Shown: piece after piece, positions 8,305 through 18,407 of the stretch
Position numbering within the stretch: the stretch's first letter is position 1
How the letters are laid out: every line of letters starts with the position of its first letter
Notes under the pieces: model-generated
Told to the model about the DNA's origin: nothing
Database searches by the model: none
Seen by the model: the letters and a program-made list of their open reading frames with translations, nothing else
Virus record (IMG/VR): IMGVR_UViG_3300023202_000034
Coordinates: 8,965 to 72,964 of that record
Reading direction: 5' to 3' (one strand)
Origin: a virus
DNA length: 64,000 nt
Made by a program: the position numbers and the translations under genes

Positions 8305-10912
8305 GGGCTTCGATCTCGCCCAGGCCTTGAAGGTTGAGGATTACCTCAATCGGGTGAATTACAGCGTACCGGCCAATTATGTGCCGTCCACTTTTGCACT
8401 GGAGTTCGTCAGCTTTATCAAGCTGGTAAACGGAGCGGATGGGGAAGAGAACAAGACCCCTCTGGTGCATTACTACATGCTGGATACCATGGTGTGTGGT
8501 AACCGACGAATTGCCAACCTGTGTCACCGGGGCATTGCGAAAACCACGGTCATGGGTGAATACCTGATTCTCTACATTGCCACCTATGGTTCTATTCCTG
8601 AGTTTGGGGAAGTGGATCTTGCGCTGTACGTGTCGGACTCCATTGAGAACGGTGTGAAGAACATGCGCAAGAACTTGGAGTACCGTTGGGAGAACTCTGA
8701 TTTTCTGCGTGAATACGTTCCCCATAAGCACTTCACTGATATCCGGTGGGAGTTCAAGAACGCTGATGGCAAGCTGTTCATCGTCAAAGGGTACGGTGCC
8801 AAGGCCCTATCTCTCGATAGCGTGTTGTACACTGCTACAGGTACAACAACGATAGGGGAGTGTCAGGTAGGTGATGAAATCTACGGTCCCGATGGGAAAC
8901 TAACAACGATTACCCGCAAGAGTGAGGTTTTCGACAAGCCCATGTACCGCCTGACCTTGAGGGATGGTCGCTCTATCAAGGTGTCCGAAGACCATATCAA
9001 CTCCGTGGTCATCAACACCAACCCCAATAACACAGTTCGACTGGAAGACGTTGACCTCACAACAAAGGAACTCCTGAACCAACCACTGGTTCATACGAAG
9101 AAAGGCAATACCCGGCATCGAGGCACGTCCAGCAAGAGCCTGGTATTTGTCCGCAACACAGCACCTTTGGTTTATCCCGTCAAAGATCTTCCTGTAGATC
9201 CGTACACGCTTGGGGTTATTCTTGGGGACGGACGAATCCAGAAACCTTCCTGTTCAGTAGAACTAACCACGCACATAGACGATCTACCTACATACCAGCA
9301 AAACATTCCGTATGCGTTTGGCAAGGGACGCTTCGACAAGCGCAACCCGAAAACATGGACACAGTCCATCCGTGGGCTTGGTTCTTCATTAAGGGCTTTG
9401 GGCTTGGGTGTACATGGTAACGACAAGTTCATCCCTGAAGAGTATTTTCAGGGGTCGGTTGAACAACGCCTGTCTTTGCTTCAAGGATTAATGGACACAG
9501 ACGGTACAGTTTCTAAAACAGGTCGTACCTCATTCTGTAGTGTTTCACCTCAATTGCTTGCAGATACTGAACGGCTGGTCCGTTCGTTGGGCGGTACAGC
9601 ACAACGGAGTAAGAAACCTTACTGTAGTGAGTTCTGGCTCAATGAGATGTTGTTCCGTTTACCTCGTAAACAAGATCGTCAACGGTTTGACCGTAAAGCC
9701 GATATGGTGGCCGTTGAGTCCATCAATCGTATTGCTGATGAACCTAGTCAGTGTATTGCGGTGGATAATGAGCAACGGCAGTTTCTAACCGATAACTACT
9801 TCCGTACGCACAACACCGGTGTACGGGGTGCCAAGGAATTGGGTAAACGGCCCCAGCTGGCCCTGCTTGATGACTTGATCTCAGATGAGGATGCCCGGTC
9901 AGCAACGGTCATTGCCGCGGTAGAGGATACCGTCTACAAGGCGGTGGAATACGCCCTGCACCCGAAGAAGAACATGATGATTTGGTCGGGTACACCGTTT
10001 AACGCCCGGGACCCTCTGTATAAAGCTGTGGAGTCTGGTGCCTGGGCAGTCAATGTGTTCCCGGTTTGTGAAGCGTTTCCGTGTACCCGAGAAGAATTCC
10101 GGGGTTCCTGGCCAGACCGTTTCACCTATGACTATGTGAAGGAACAATACGAGAAGGCCCGCAAGCTGGGGAAAGTGGACACCTTCAACCAGGAATTGAT
10201 GCTCCGGATTATGTCCGATGAAGATCGGGTAATTCTGGAACACGATATCCAGTGGTACCGGTTGCGTAATGTTCTGGATAACAAGCACCGTTTCAACTTC
10301 TACATCACCACCGACTTTGCCACGTCAGGTAAGCAGGGCGCGGATTTCTCGGTGATCAGCGTGTGGGCTTACAACAACAACGGGGATTGGTTGTACGTCG
10401 ACGGTGTCTGTGCCCGCCAAACCATGGACAAGAATATCAATGACCTGTTCCGTCTGGCTTCGATTTACCGACCCCAGTCTGTGGGTATTGAAGTCTCCGG
10501 TCAGCAGGCTGGTTTCATTCCCTGGATTCAGAATGAGATGTTGTCCCGGAACGTCTACTTCCCACTGGCCACGGAGGGCAATAAAGGGGCCCCCGGTATC
10601 CGTCCGTCAACCAACAAGATGGAACGGTTCAACATCATGGTTCCGGTAATCAAGATGCATAAGCTGTTCTTCCCGGAGGAACTCAAAGCCAGCCCCATGT
10701 TGCTGGAAGCTATGGATGAAATCATGCTGGTTTCCCCGGGAGGGATGAAGTCTAAGCATGACGATTTCCTGGATACCATTTCCATGCTTGCAAATATGCC
10801 GGCCTGGCGCCCAACAGAGACTGGGGACCTGGTACAACAGAGTTCAGACAGTCTGTGGGATCTGGACGACGTAGAAGAAGAGCACGATTCACTCAGTTCG
10901 TACATCGTTTGA
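8297..10912 (+). CDS. terL: Terminase large subunit (N4 gp68-like) with intein
   Basis: CHRGIAKTT, LALLDDL Walker B and TTDFA/HDDFLD nuclease motifs; 534 aa after intein removal. Confidence 0.95.
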   Translation: MSEGFDLAQALKVEDYLNRVNYSVPANYVPSTFALEFVSFIKLVNGADGEENKTPLVHYYMLDTMVCGNRRIANLCHRGIAKTTVMGEYLILYIATYGSIPEFGEVDLALYVSDSIENGVKNMRKNLEYRWENSDFLREYVPHKHFTDIRWEFKNADGKLFIVKGYGAKALSLDSVLYTATGTTTIGECQVGDEIYGPDGKLTTITRKSEVFDKPMYRLTLRDGRSIKVSEDHINSVVINTNPNNTVRLEDVDLTTKELLNQPLVHTKKGNTRHRGTSSKSLVFVRNTAPLVYPVKDLPVDPYTLGVILGDGRIQKPSCSVELTTHIDDLPTYQQNIPYAFGKGRFDKRNPKTWTQSIRGLGSSLRALGLGVHGNDKFIPEEYFQGSVEQRLSLLQGLMDTDGTVSKTGRTSFCSVSPQLLADTERLVRSLGGTAQRSKKPYCSEFWLNEMLFRLPRKQDRQRFDRKADMVAVESINRIADEPSQCIAVDNEQRQFLTDNYFRTHNTGVRGAKELGKRPQLALLDDLISDEDARSATVIAAVEDTVYKAVEYALHPKKNMMIWSGTPFNARDPLYKAVESGAWAVNVFPVCEAFPCTREEFRGSWPDRFTYDYVKEQYEKARKLGKVDTFNQELMLRIMSDEDRVILEHDIQWYRLRNVLDNKHRFNFYITTDFATSGKQGADFSVISVWAYNNNGDWLYVDGVCARQTMDKNINDLFRLASIYRPQSVGIEVSGQQAGFIPWIQNEMLSRNVYFPLATEGNKGAPGIRPSTNKMERFNIMVPVIKMHKLFFPEELKASPMLLEAMDEIMLVSPGGMKSKHDDFLDTISMLANMPAWRPTETGDLVQQSSDSLWDLDDVEEEHDSLSSYIV
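8804..9814 (+). mobile_element. Intein (337 aa) with LAGLIDADG endonuclease in TerL
   Basis: ALSLDS...RTHN/T; motifs LGVILGDG and LQGLMDTDG; removal restores KGYGAK-TGVRG. Confidence 0.92.
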
Positions 10913-10922
10913 GGACAAACCT

Positions 10923-11654
10923 ATGACGCTTCAAGAAATTTTCGATCAACTTGCCTACGGGGAACTGTCCCAACTGTACGTAAGCGGTGACTCAACCACG
11001 GAAGGAATGCGGGAAGCAGACAAACCTCGCATGATTGCCCACATTCAACTGGCTTTAACGGCGCTACATAAGCGGTTTCTGCTGAAAGAAGGGCACTTCA
11101 CCATCCCACTGACTGCGGGGAAGAGCACTTACGTACTCAAAAGCGCGTTTGCCCAGAGTAATACCGAGTCGGCAGAGCCTATCAAGTACATTGACGATAC
11201 AGAACGCCCATTTAAGGACGATCTGCTGAAGGTAGAGCGGGTAATCGACAACTTTGGTAACGAACTGACCCTTAATAAGGTCGGAGATCCGCTGGCATTG
11301 CGTACTCCATCGTTTAATACCCTCGTTGTTCCTGACTTCAAGGAGCTTCCGGAGGAAGCCAGACCATCCTCACTCAAAATTTACTACAGAGCGGACCATC
11401 CCAAGATCAATCCGATCATTGGTCAGTATGTGTCCTTTACAGAAGAGGTTGATCTACCTATTACGCACCTTGAACCATTGCTTTACTTCGTAGCCAGCCG
11501 GGTTATGAACCCTGTTGGTATCTCCGGTGAGTTTCACGAGGGCAATAACTACGCAGCTAAGTATGAACAGGCCTGTCAGGTACTGGAAATGCAAGGCTTC
11601 GAGATTGATGACGGTGGGGAACGTACAAGGTTTGAATCTAATGGGTGGTGTTAA
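10923..11654 (+). CDS. Head-tail adaptor/structural protein (N4 gp67-like)
   Basis: MTLQEIFDQLAYGELSQL...RFESNGWC; synteny after TerL. Confidence 0.8.
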   Translation: MTLQEIFDQLAYGELSQLYVSGDSTTEGMREADKPRMIAHIQLALTALHKRFLLKEGHFTIPLTAGKSTYVLKSAFAQSNTESAEPIKYIDDTERPFKDDLLKVERVIDNFGNELTLNKVGDPLALRTPSFNTLVVPDFKELPEEARPSSLKIYYRADHPKINPIIGQYVSFTEEVDLPITHLEPLLYFVASRVMNPVGISGEFHEGNNYAAKYEQACQVLEMQGFEIDDGGERTRFESNGWC

Positions 11655-11655
11655 A

Positions 11656-11684
11656 TAAAAGAGGGGGCGAAAGCCCCCTTATTA
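11656..11684. terminator. Terminator between convergent genes
   Basis: AAAAGAGGGGGC-GAAA-GCCCCCTT. Confidence 0.65.
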
Positions 11685-11685
11685 G

Positions 11686-11928
11686 TTAGTCGTGTACAAA
11701 GTGCCTTTCACGGAATACCGCATCACGACAATGGTAGATATCCTTTTCATCCAGGTACACCACATAATCCCCTGGGAAGATCGTTTCATACGCTTTGAAT
11801 ACGTACTCTTTCCCCTCAATGAAAATGGCGTAAGTGCATTCACCCAGATCCTGAATATCATCGCCTGCTTTAACCCGATAAGCCGTGCGGATAACTGGTT
11901 TGCTTTCGTACTCTTTAAACCCTTCCAT
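11686..11928 (-). CDS. Hypothetical protein, opposite orientation within the virion block
   Basis: 80-aa ORF with AGGA RBS and its own terminator. Confidence 0.65.
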   Translation of the reverse strand: MEGFKEYESKPVIRTAYRVKAGDDIQDLGECTYAIFIEGKEYVFKAYETIFPGDYVVYLDEKDIYHCRDAVFRERHFVHD

Positions 11929-12020
11929 ATATAGTCCTTGGTTTGTGACTGTTATTCATTTGTGCAGTTCAATTTTTATTTCATTACTATGGATTGCAAT
12001 TGAACACTGCCCGGGAATAA

Positions 12021-14198
12021 ATGTCTATGAATAACGAGACTACTATTACAGAGAACGATCTCGGAGATATTGAAGTTGAATGGAGTAATCCGCCAACTTT
12101 GATGGATCTAAAGAATGATTTGGAAGAAGCAACGCCATATCACAGTGGACAAGTCCAACAAATAGATCACTGGTTGGACAACCTTAATGTAAAAGGCAAA
12201 GCCAAACCAAAATCAAAGAAAGGACGATCGGAAGTTCAGCCGCAACTTATCCGTAAACAGGCTGAGTGGCGATACGCGGCACTGTCTGAACCTTTCCTGA
12301 GTACCGATGACCTGTTTGAAGTGGCTCCCCGCACCTGGGAAGACACCTTGGCGGCAAAACAGAACAGCCTGGTCCTGAACCACCAGTTTAATGTCCGGAT
12401 CAACAAGCAGAAGTTCATTGATGACTACGTTCGCACCGGCGTTGACGAAGGAACCATCATTGTCCGGACGGGTTGGCAGTACGAAGAAGAGACCTACGAG
12501 GAAGAAGAACCGGTTGTTGCACTGGTTCCCAACCCTGGTATGGGTCAGCTCTTTGAAGAACTCAATGTTCTCAGGCAAACCAATCCCAATGAATACTTCA
12601 CCATGGTTCCGGATGAGCTTCAGCGTGCGCACGAAGCCTACCTGGAAGAAGGGGTTGCTTACGAGCCACAGCTAACGGGTGAATCCGAGACCGTGGAACG
12701 TACCCGGGTGGTCAAGAACTGCCCGACTCTGGAAGTGGTGGACTATCACAACGCCTACATGGACCCCACCGCGCAAGGCGATGTTTCCAAGTCGAGTTTC
12801 TTTGTGTACAGCTTTGAATCGTCCAAGTCTCAACTTGAGAAAGACGGTCGCTATTTCAACTTGGACAAAATTAACCTTGAAGCCAATACGGTTGTCGGAG
12901 ATCCGGACCATGCAGCGAGCACTGATGCGAGCAATTTCAATTTTAGGGACGCGCCCCGTAAAAAGTTTGTCGTTTATGAGTACTGGGGATTTTGGGATAT
13001 TGATGGTACTGGTGTTGTTAAGCCTATTGTAGCCAGTTGGGTCGGTAACACTCTGATCCGCCTTGAAGAGAACCCTTACCCAGATAAACAGATTCCCTTT
13101 GTTGTTGTGCCCTACTTGCCGGTTCGTAAACAGAACTACGGTGAGCCTGACGGTGCGTTGTTGGAAGACAACCAGAAGATCATTGGTGCCGTGACCCGAG
13201 GCATGATCGACATTCTCGGTCGCAGTGCCAACGGTCAGACCGGTATGCGCAAGGATATGCTGGACAGCACCAACAAGCGCAAGTTCGACCGGGGTGACGA
13301 TTACGAGTTCAACCAGCACGTCGACCCACGGCAGGGCGTGCACATGCACACCTTCACCGAGATCCCTCAATCTGCCCAGTTCATGTTGCTGCAACAGAAC
13401 CAGGAAGCGGAATCACTGACCGGTGTGAAAGCCTTCTCCAGTGGTATCTCAGGGGAAGCCCTGGGTGAGGTAGCTGCTGGTGTACGCGGTGCACTGGACG
13501 CAGCCTCCAAGCGAGAGCTTGGCATTCTCCGACGTCTGGCCAACGGCATGGTAGAGATCGGTAAGAAGATCGTCTCCATGAACGCTGTGTTTCTCTCTGA
13601 AGAAGAAGTGGTCCGGGTAACCAACGACCAGTTCGTTAAAGTCCGCAGAGAAGAACTATCCGGTGAGTTCGATCTGAAGCTGACTATCTCTACAGCAGAA
13701 GAAGACGAGAAGAAAGCACAAGAGTTGGCTTTCATGATGCAAACCATGGGTCCAAATGTGGACTTTGGCATCATGAAACAAATGATGGGTAAGATATTCC
13801 GTCTTCGCAAAATGCCAGACCTGGCTAAACAGGTTGAAGAATACGAACCACAACCTGACCCCATGCAACAGCAAATACAACAGTTGGAAATGTTAAAACT
13901 CCAAGCTGAGATTGCTGAAATAAATGCAAATGCTGCAACAAAAGAAACCCAGGCAATACTTAATCAAGCCAAGTCTATTACTGAGCAGGCTAAAGCGCAG
14001 AATCTGGGCGCTGATACCGATCAGAAGTCATTGGATTTCGTTGAGCAAGAGTCTGGTGTTAAACAAGAACGTGAGTTGCAGAAGCAAGGCGAACAAGCTC
14101 GCGCTAATATGCAATTAAAGGCGTTCGACCATAAGTTAAAACGTGAAGACGAAGTAAATAAGTCTTTTCTACAAAATTATTTGCAAAGTAATCCGTAA
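12021..14198 (+). CDS. Portal protein (N4 gp59-like)
   Basis: 725 aa; LIRKQAEWRYAALSEPFL, GEPDGALLEDNQKIIGAVTRGMID. Confidence 0.93.
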   Translation: MSMNNETTITENDLGDIEVEWSNPPTLMDLKNDLEEATPYHSGQVQQIDHWLDNLNVKGKAKPKSKKGRSEVQPQLIRKQAEWRYAALSEPFLSTDDLFEVAPRTWEDTLAAKQNSLVLNHQFNVRINKQKFIDDYVRTGVDEGTIIVRTGWQYEEETYEEEEPVVALVPNPGMGQLFEELNVLRQTNPNEYFTMVPDELQRAHEAYLEEGVAYEPQLTGESETVERTRVVKNCPTLEVVDYHNAYMDPTAQGDVSKSSFFVYSFESSKSQLEKDGRYFNLDKINLEANTVVGDPDHAASTDASNFNFRDAPRKKFVVYEYWGFWDIDGTGVVKPIVASWVGNTLIRLEENPYPDKQIPFVVVPYLPVRKQNYGEPDGALLEDNQKIIGAVTRGMIDILGRSANGQTGMRKDMLDSTNKRKFDRGDDYEFNQHVDPRQGVHMHTFTEIPQSAQFMLLQQNQEAESLTGVKAFSSGISGEALGEVAAGVRGALDAASKRELGILRRLANGMVEIGKKIVSMNAVFLSEEEVVRVTNDQFVKVRREELSGEFDLKLTISTAEEDEKKAQELAFMMQTMGPNVDFGIMKQMMGKIFRLRKMPDLAKQVEEYEPQPDPMQQQIQQLEMLKLQAEIAEINANAATKETQAILNQAKSITEQAKAQNLGADTDQKSLDFVEQESGVKQERELQKQGEQARANMQLKAFDHKLKREDEVNKSFLQNYLQSNP

Positions 14199-14268
14199 AA
14201 CCGTTTTATATACGTTTAAAGCCCACGTATGTGGGCCCTTTAATTAAATAACCAACGCGGAAGTACTT

Positions 14269-14613
14269 ATGAGCACCAATGAAATCCAAGAGATTGAACT
14301 GAACATTAAAGAAGCCAAGAAGTTTGTTGACCTGGGTAAATCACTCGAGCGTCTTCAATCCAATCGTGACTTCAAAAAGGTGGTTGAAGAAAGCTTCTTC
14401 AAAGACGAAGCGGTTCGTCTGGTTCACCTGAAGTCCAATCCTGCGATGCAACGTCCCGAGCAACAGGCTGCTGTTGATTCGGACATTCGTGCCATTGGTA
14501 CCTTTGCCCAGTTCCTCGACACCATCTACATGCGTGCCGATCACGCAGCCAAGGCGATTGAAGCCGACGAAGAATCGCTGGAAGAACTTCGTGCAGAGGG
14601 TGCTGAAGAATGA
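14269..14613 (+). CDS. Conserved N4-like head-region protein
   Basis: LERLQSNRDFKKVV..EAVRLV; located between portal and scaffold. Confidence 0.75.
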   Translation: MSTNEIQEIELNIKEAKKFVDLGKSLERLQSNRDFKKVVEESFFKDEAVRLVHLKSNPAMQRPEQQAAVDSDIRAIGTFAQFLDTIYMRADHAAKAIEADEESLEELRAEGAEE

Positions 14614-15791
14614 GTGAGACAGCCGTAGACAACGCGCAGTCTGCCGGGGAACTCCCGGACATTTACTCCATGAGTGACGAGGAACTGATGAACCTCGATC
14701 CGAGCCAGTTTAATGAGTATGAGGCTCATGAGCAGGAGGACGTGTCCGAGGAACCCCCGGCAGACGAGGCAGTAGACGCAGAGGATGCGGACGACCTTCT
14801 CACTGACGATCCCGGTGAAGAGGAAGAGACCGAGGCAGACGACGCCGGCGAAGCCGAAGCGGAGGAAGCCGAGGAATCAGAAAACGAAGAAGAAGGTGAG
14901 ACCGAATCCGAAGAAGGTGAGGAAGAAAAGGACGAGAAAGAAGAGTCCGACACCACGGATTACGAAGCGGAGTACAAGAAGATCCTGGCTCCGTTCAAGG
15001 CCAACGGTAAAGAGATGCAAGTCGAGTCTGTTGACGAGGCCATCCAGCTTATGCAGATGGGTGCCAACTACAACAAAAAGATGAGCGCTCTTAAACCGCA
15101 CCTGAAAACTCTGAAGGTACTGGAAAAGAATAGCCTTCTGAGTGATGACAAGATTGGTTTCCTGGTAGACCTCGCTAACCGCGATCCCAAAGCCATTGGA
15201 AAACTGATCAAGGACAGTGGGCTCGACCCACTGGATATGGATGTTGAAGCAAGCAGTGACTATGTCCCGAAGAAGCATACGGTCAGTGACCAGGAACTTG
15301 CTTTGGATGATGTTCTGGATTCCATTCAGGATTCAGCCAAGTACAGCGAGACTGTGGAACTGGTCAGGCAATGGGACGAGCCCAGCAAGAAAGCCGCGGC
15401 AGAAGCTCCTCAACTGCTACAGGTCATTAACCAACACATGGAAAACGGTGTGTATGGCGTGATCAGCACGGAGCTTGAACGTCAACGTGTGCTGGGGAAA
15501 TTGAACGGTTTGTCTGATCTGGAAGCGTACAAGCAGGTTGGTGACAGCATTCAAGAGCGAGGTGGTTTTGACCATCTGTTTGCCAAGGAAGAGCAGAGGC
15601 AACAAGACCCCACGCCAGCGAAGCGACTCCCACCCAAGCAGAAGCGAGAAGATCCCAAGCTGAAGGAAAAGCGGCGTGCTGCAGCTCCGAGCAAAGGTGC
15701 ACCCGCTAAGTCGAAGATCCCGGCGGATTTCAATCCCCTGGCGATGTCCGACGAAGAGTTTGAGAAACACTTTAACCAAAAACTTCTGTGA
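14610..15791 (+). CDS. N4 gp57-like acidic protein (probable scaffold)
   Basis: Very acidic N-half, PFKANG..LMQMGANY, C-terminal NPLAMSDEEF; precedes the capsid gene. Confidence 0.8.
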   Translation: MSETAVDNAQSAGELPDIYSMSDEELMNLDPSQFNEYEAHEQEDVSEEPPADEAVDAEDADDLLTDDPGEEEETEADDAGEAEAEEAEESENEEEGETESEEGEEEKDEKEESDTTDYEAEYKKILAPFKANGKEMQVESVDEAIQLMQMGANYNKKMSALKPHLKTLKVLEKNSLLSDDKIGFLVDLANRDPKAIGKLIKDSGLDPLDMDVEASSDYVPKKHTVSDQELALDDVLDSIQDSAKYSETVELVRQWDEPSKKAAAEAPQLLQVINQHMENGVYGVISTELERQRVLGKLNGLSDLEAYKQVGDSIQERGGFDHLFAKEEQRQQDPTPAKRLPPKQKREDPKLKEKRRAAAPSKGAPAKSKIPADFNPLAMSDEEFEKHFNQKLL

Positions 15792-15807
15792 TATTTAAGG
15801 ATAGCTT

Positions 15808-16977
15808 ATGAGTCGTCAATATAACGATCCCGCTGGTGGTTCCCCGTCTAACATCGGTAACCAGTTCAATGAATTCTACTGGCAGAAGCAGGCCCTGATT
15901 GAAGCCAAAAAGGAGCAGTACTTCTCTCCGCTGGCGGATACCACGGCTATGCCGAAGCACTTCGGTAAGAAGATCAAAAAGTACCACTACCTGCCGCTGC
16001 TCGACGACGCCAACGTCAATGACCAGGGTATCGACGCCTCCGGTGCGACCATTGCCAATGGTAACCTTTACGGTTCCAGCAAGGATATCGGCACCATCCC
16101 GGGCAAGATGCCTGTGCTGTCTGAAACTGGCGGTCGTGTTAACCGTGTTGGTTTCAAGCGTAAGGAACTGGAAGGTTCCATCGAGAAGTTCGGCTTCTTC
16201 GATGAGTACACCCAGGAGTCCATGGACTTCGATACCGATGCGGACCTGATGCAGCACATCAACCGCGAAATGGTATTCGGTGCCAACGAAATGACCGAAG
16301 ACCTTCTGCAGATTGACCTGATCAACTCTGCTGGTCTCATCAAGTTCGCCGGTGCTGCCACTGACGTACCTGAAGTGAACGCTACTGCTGTCGTGACTTA
16401 CAGCGACCTGCTGCGTCTGTCTATCGACCTGGACAACAACCGCACACCGAAGATGACCAAGGTTGTGACCGGTACCCGTCTGGTGGATACCAAAACCATC
16501 CCGGCCGCTCGTGTCATGTACATCGGTTCCGAGCTGCAGCCGACCATCGAAGCGATGACCGACCTGCACGGCAATCCGGCCTTCATCCCGGTTCAGAAGT
16601 ACGCCGCTGGCGGCACTGTCCTGAACGGTGAGATCGGTACCGTGGGTTACTTCCGCATCGTGGTTGTGCCCGAGATGATGAAGTGGGAAGCCGCTGGTGC
16701 GGATGCGACTGGTAACGACACTCACTGGGCCACTGCAAACAAGTTCGACGTGTTCCCGATGCTGGTTGTAGGTGATGGCTCCTTCACCACCATTGGCTTC
16801 CTGACCGATGGTAAGACTGTGAAGTTCAAGATCACCCACAAGAAGCCGGGTACTGAGACTGCTGACCGCAATGATCCGTATGGCGAAATAGGCTTTATGT
16901 CCATCAAGTGGTACTACGGCTTCATGGTTCTGCGTCCTGAGCGTCTGGCTGTGCAGTACACCGCTGCCACCCTTTGA
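15808..16977 (+). CDS. Major capsid protein (N4 gp56 family)
   Basis: [43 protein letters not shown]. Confidence 0.95.
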   Translation: MSRQYNDPAGGSPSNIGNQFNEFYWQKQALIEAKKEQYFSPLADTTAMPKHFGKKIKKYHYLPLLDDANVNDQGIDASGATIANGNLYGSSKDIGTIPGKMPVLSETGGRVNRVGFKRKELEGSIEKFGFFDEYTQESMDFDTDADLMQHINREMVFGANEMTEDLLQIDLINSAGLIKFAGAATDVPEVNATAVVTYSDLLRLSIDLDNNRTPKMTKVVTGTRLVDTKTIPAARVMYIGSELQPTIEAMTDLHGNPAFIPVQKYAAGGTVLNGEIGTVGYFRIVVVPEMMKWEAAGADATGNDTHWATANKFDVFPMLVVGDGSFTTIGFLTDGKTVKFKITHKKPGTETADRNDPYGEIGFMSIKWYYGFMVLRPERLAVQYTAATL

Positions 16978-17048
16978 GGGTAGTAGTTAAGCGGTAACCG
17001 GGAGGGGTCGAAAGGCCCCTTCCAATCCAAACCAAGAGAAGGCATCCC

Positions 17049-17591
17049 ATGAGCGAAGTTGAAAACGTAGTAGACACCCAGGAATCCGAACTTGAAGCAC
17101 TGAAGCTGCGTGCAGACCAGCTTGGCCTCAAGTACCACCCCAGCATTGGCCTGGAGAAACTCCGTGAAAAGGTCAACGAAGAATTGAACAAACCCACCGA
17201 AGGCGTAGAAGGCGGCGACGTCTCTCATGCTGCGGTGAACAAAGGTGCACGGAATGAAGCCCTGGCTCTGAAGCGAGTGCGCATTACCTGCATGAACCCC
17301 AACAAAAAGGAATGGGAAGGCGAAGTATTCTGCGCCGGCAACTCCCAGATCGGTACCGTTCGAAAGATGGTCCCCTTTGAAGCGGAATTCCACGTTCCAG
17401 ACATTCTGCTGAAGATGATCAAGCGCCGGATGTACCAAACCTTCGTGACGGTAAAAACCCCGAACGGCGGTAAGATCAAGCGCGGCAAGCTGGTTCGTGA
17501 ATTCGCCGTGGAAGAGCTCGAGCCTCTGACGGAGAAAGAGCTGGCGGAACTGAAGCAGCGTCAGTTGATGGCAGCCGGTCAGGCTGAGTAA
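17049..17591 (+). CDS. N4 gp55-like protein
   Basis: LKLRADQLGLKYHPSIGLEKLREK, RITCMNPNKKEWEGE; synteny. Confidence 0.8.
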   Translation: MSEVENVVDTQESELEALKLRADQLGLKYHPSIGLEKLREKVNEELNKPTEGVEGGDVSHAAVNKGARNEALALKRVRITCMNPNKKEWEGEVFCAGNSQIGTVRKMVPFEAEFHVPDILLKMIKRRMYQTFVTVKTPNGGKIKRGKLVREFAVEELEPLTEKELAELKQRQLMAAGQAE

Positions 17592-17613
17592 CGGGTAACC
17601 CAGGGTAGACAGT

Positions 17614-18342
17614 ATGACGTCAGTGACATTAGATCAGCTTACCGAGTCTAAAATTGAAGGTACCGGTGTCTTCGACAAACTCATGCAAGCGGTGGAAGCG
17701 CACATTCACCAGGAGTTTGGGAAGAACCGGATCAAGGGCCCGGAGTACTCGACTGTCTACCTTGGGGCTCTTCAGAGCACCCTGGATCAGTCGATCCGCT
17801 TTCTGTTGGATAAAGACGATGCCTTGCTCAAAGCCAAACAGGCAGAGTTGATTGATAAACAGATCGAAGAACTTACCGCTCGGATTGCGTTGATCCAACA
17901 GCAGACCGCGAATGCGTTGACCGAAAACGCCACCATGCTCAAACAGCAGGACAAGCTGGATGCAGAAGTAGCATTGATCGGTGCACAGAAACTGAAGACC
18001 GATGAAGAAATTTTGAGTCTGCAGGAAGGTCAGCTTAAAACCGCAGCTGAAACTGCACTCCTGGATCAGAAGAAAGTCACTGAAGAGGCCCAGATTTCGG
18101 GTGAGGGTGTGGACGCTGATTCAGTCATCGGCAAGCAGAAAGCACTTTATCAGGCACAGTCTGATGGGTATGAGAAAGATGCTCAGCAGAAAGCCGTGAA
18201 GCAAATGCTGGACACCTGGAACGTACGTAAAACAGCAGACCCCTTCGGTACTGTCGAAACTCCTGATACCAAGCTGGAACCTCTATACATTGGACGTGCT
18301 GTAACCAAACTCATGGAAGGTATTGGCGTTGATATGAGCTAA
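17614..18342 (+). CDS. Virion structural protein (N4 gp54-like)
   Basis: GTGVFDKLM..RIKGPEYSTVYLG; coiled-coil centre. Confidence 0.8.
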   Translation: MTSVTLDQLTESKIEGTGVFDKLMQAVEAHIHQEFGKNRIKGPEYSTVYLGALQSTLDQSIRFLLDKDDALLKAKQAELIDKQIEELTARIALIQQQTANALTENATMLKQQDKLDAEVALIGAQKLKTDEEILSLQEGQLKTAAETALLDQKKVTEEAQISGEGVDADSVIGKQKALYQAQSDGYEKDAQQKAVKQMLDTWNVRKTADPFGTVETPDTKLEPLYIGRAVTKLMEGIGVDMS

Positions 18343-18366
18343 GTCCCTGAACAGGGTGTGTAAACG

Positions 18367-18392
18367 AAGGACAGCTCCGGCTGTCCTTTTTT
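18367..18392 (+). terminator. Rho-independent terminator
   Basis: AAGGACAGC-TCCG-GCTGTCCTT followed by TTTT. Confidence 0.7.
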
Positions 18393-18407
18393 GTAAGAGG
18401 GCACGGT

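Noticed and set aside
14700-14960. GAA/GAG-rich low-complexity tract (also 25370-25680)
   Set aside because: Simply encodes acidic linkers in the scaffold and vRNAP proteins.
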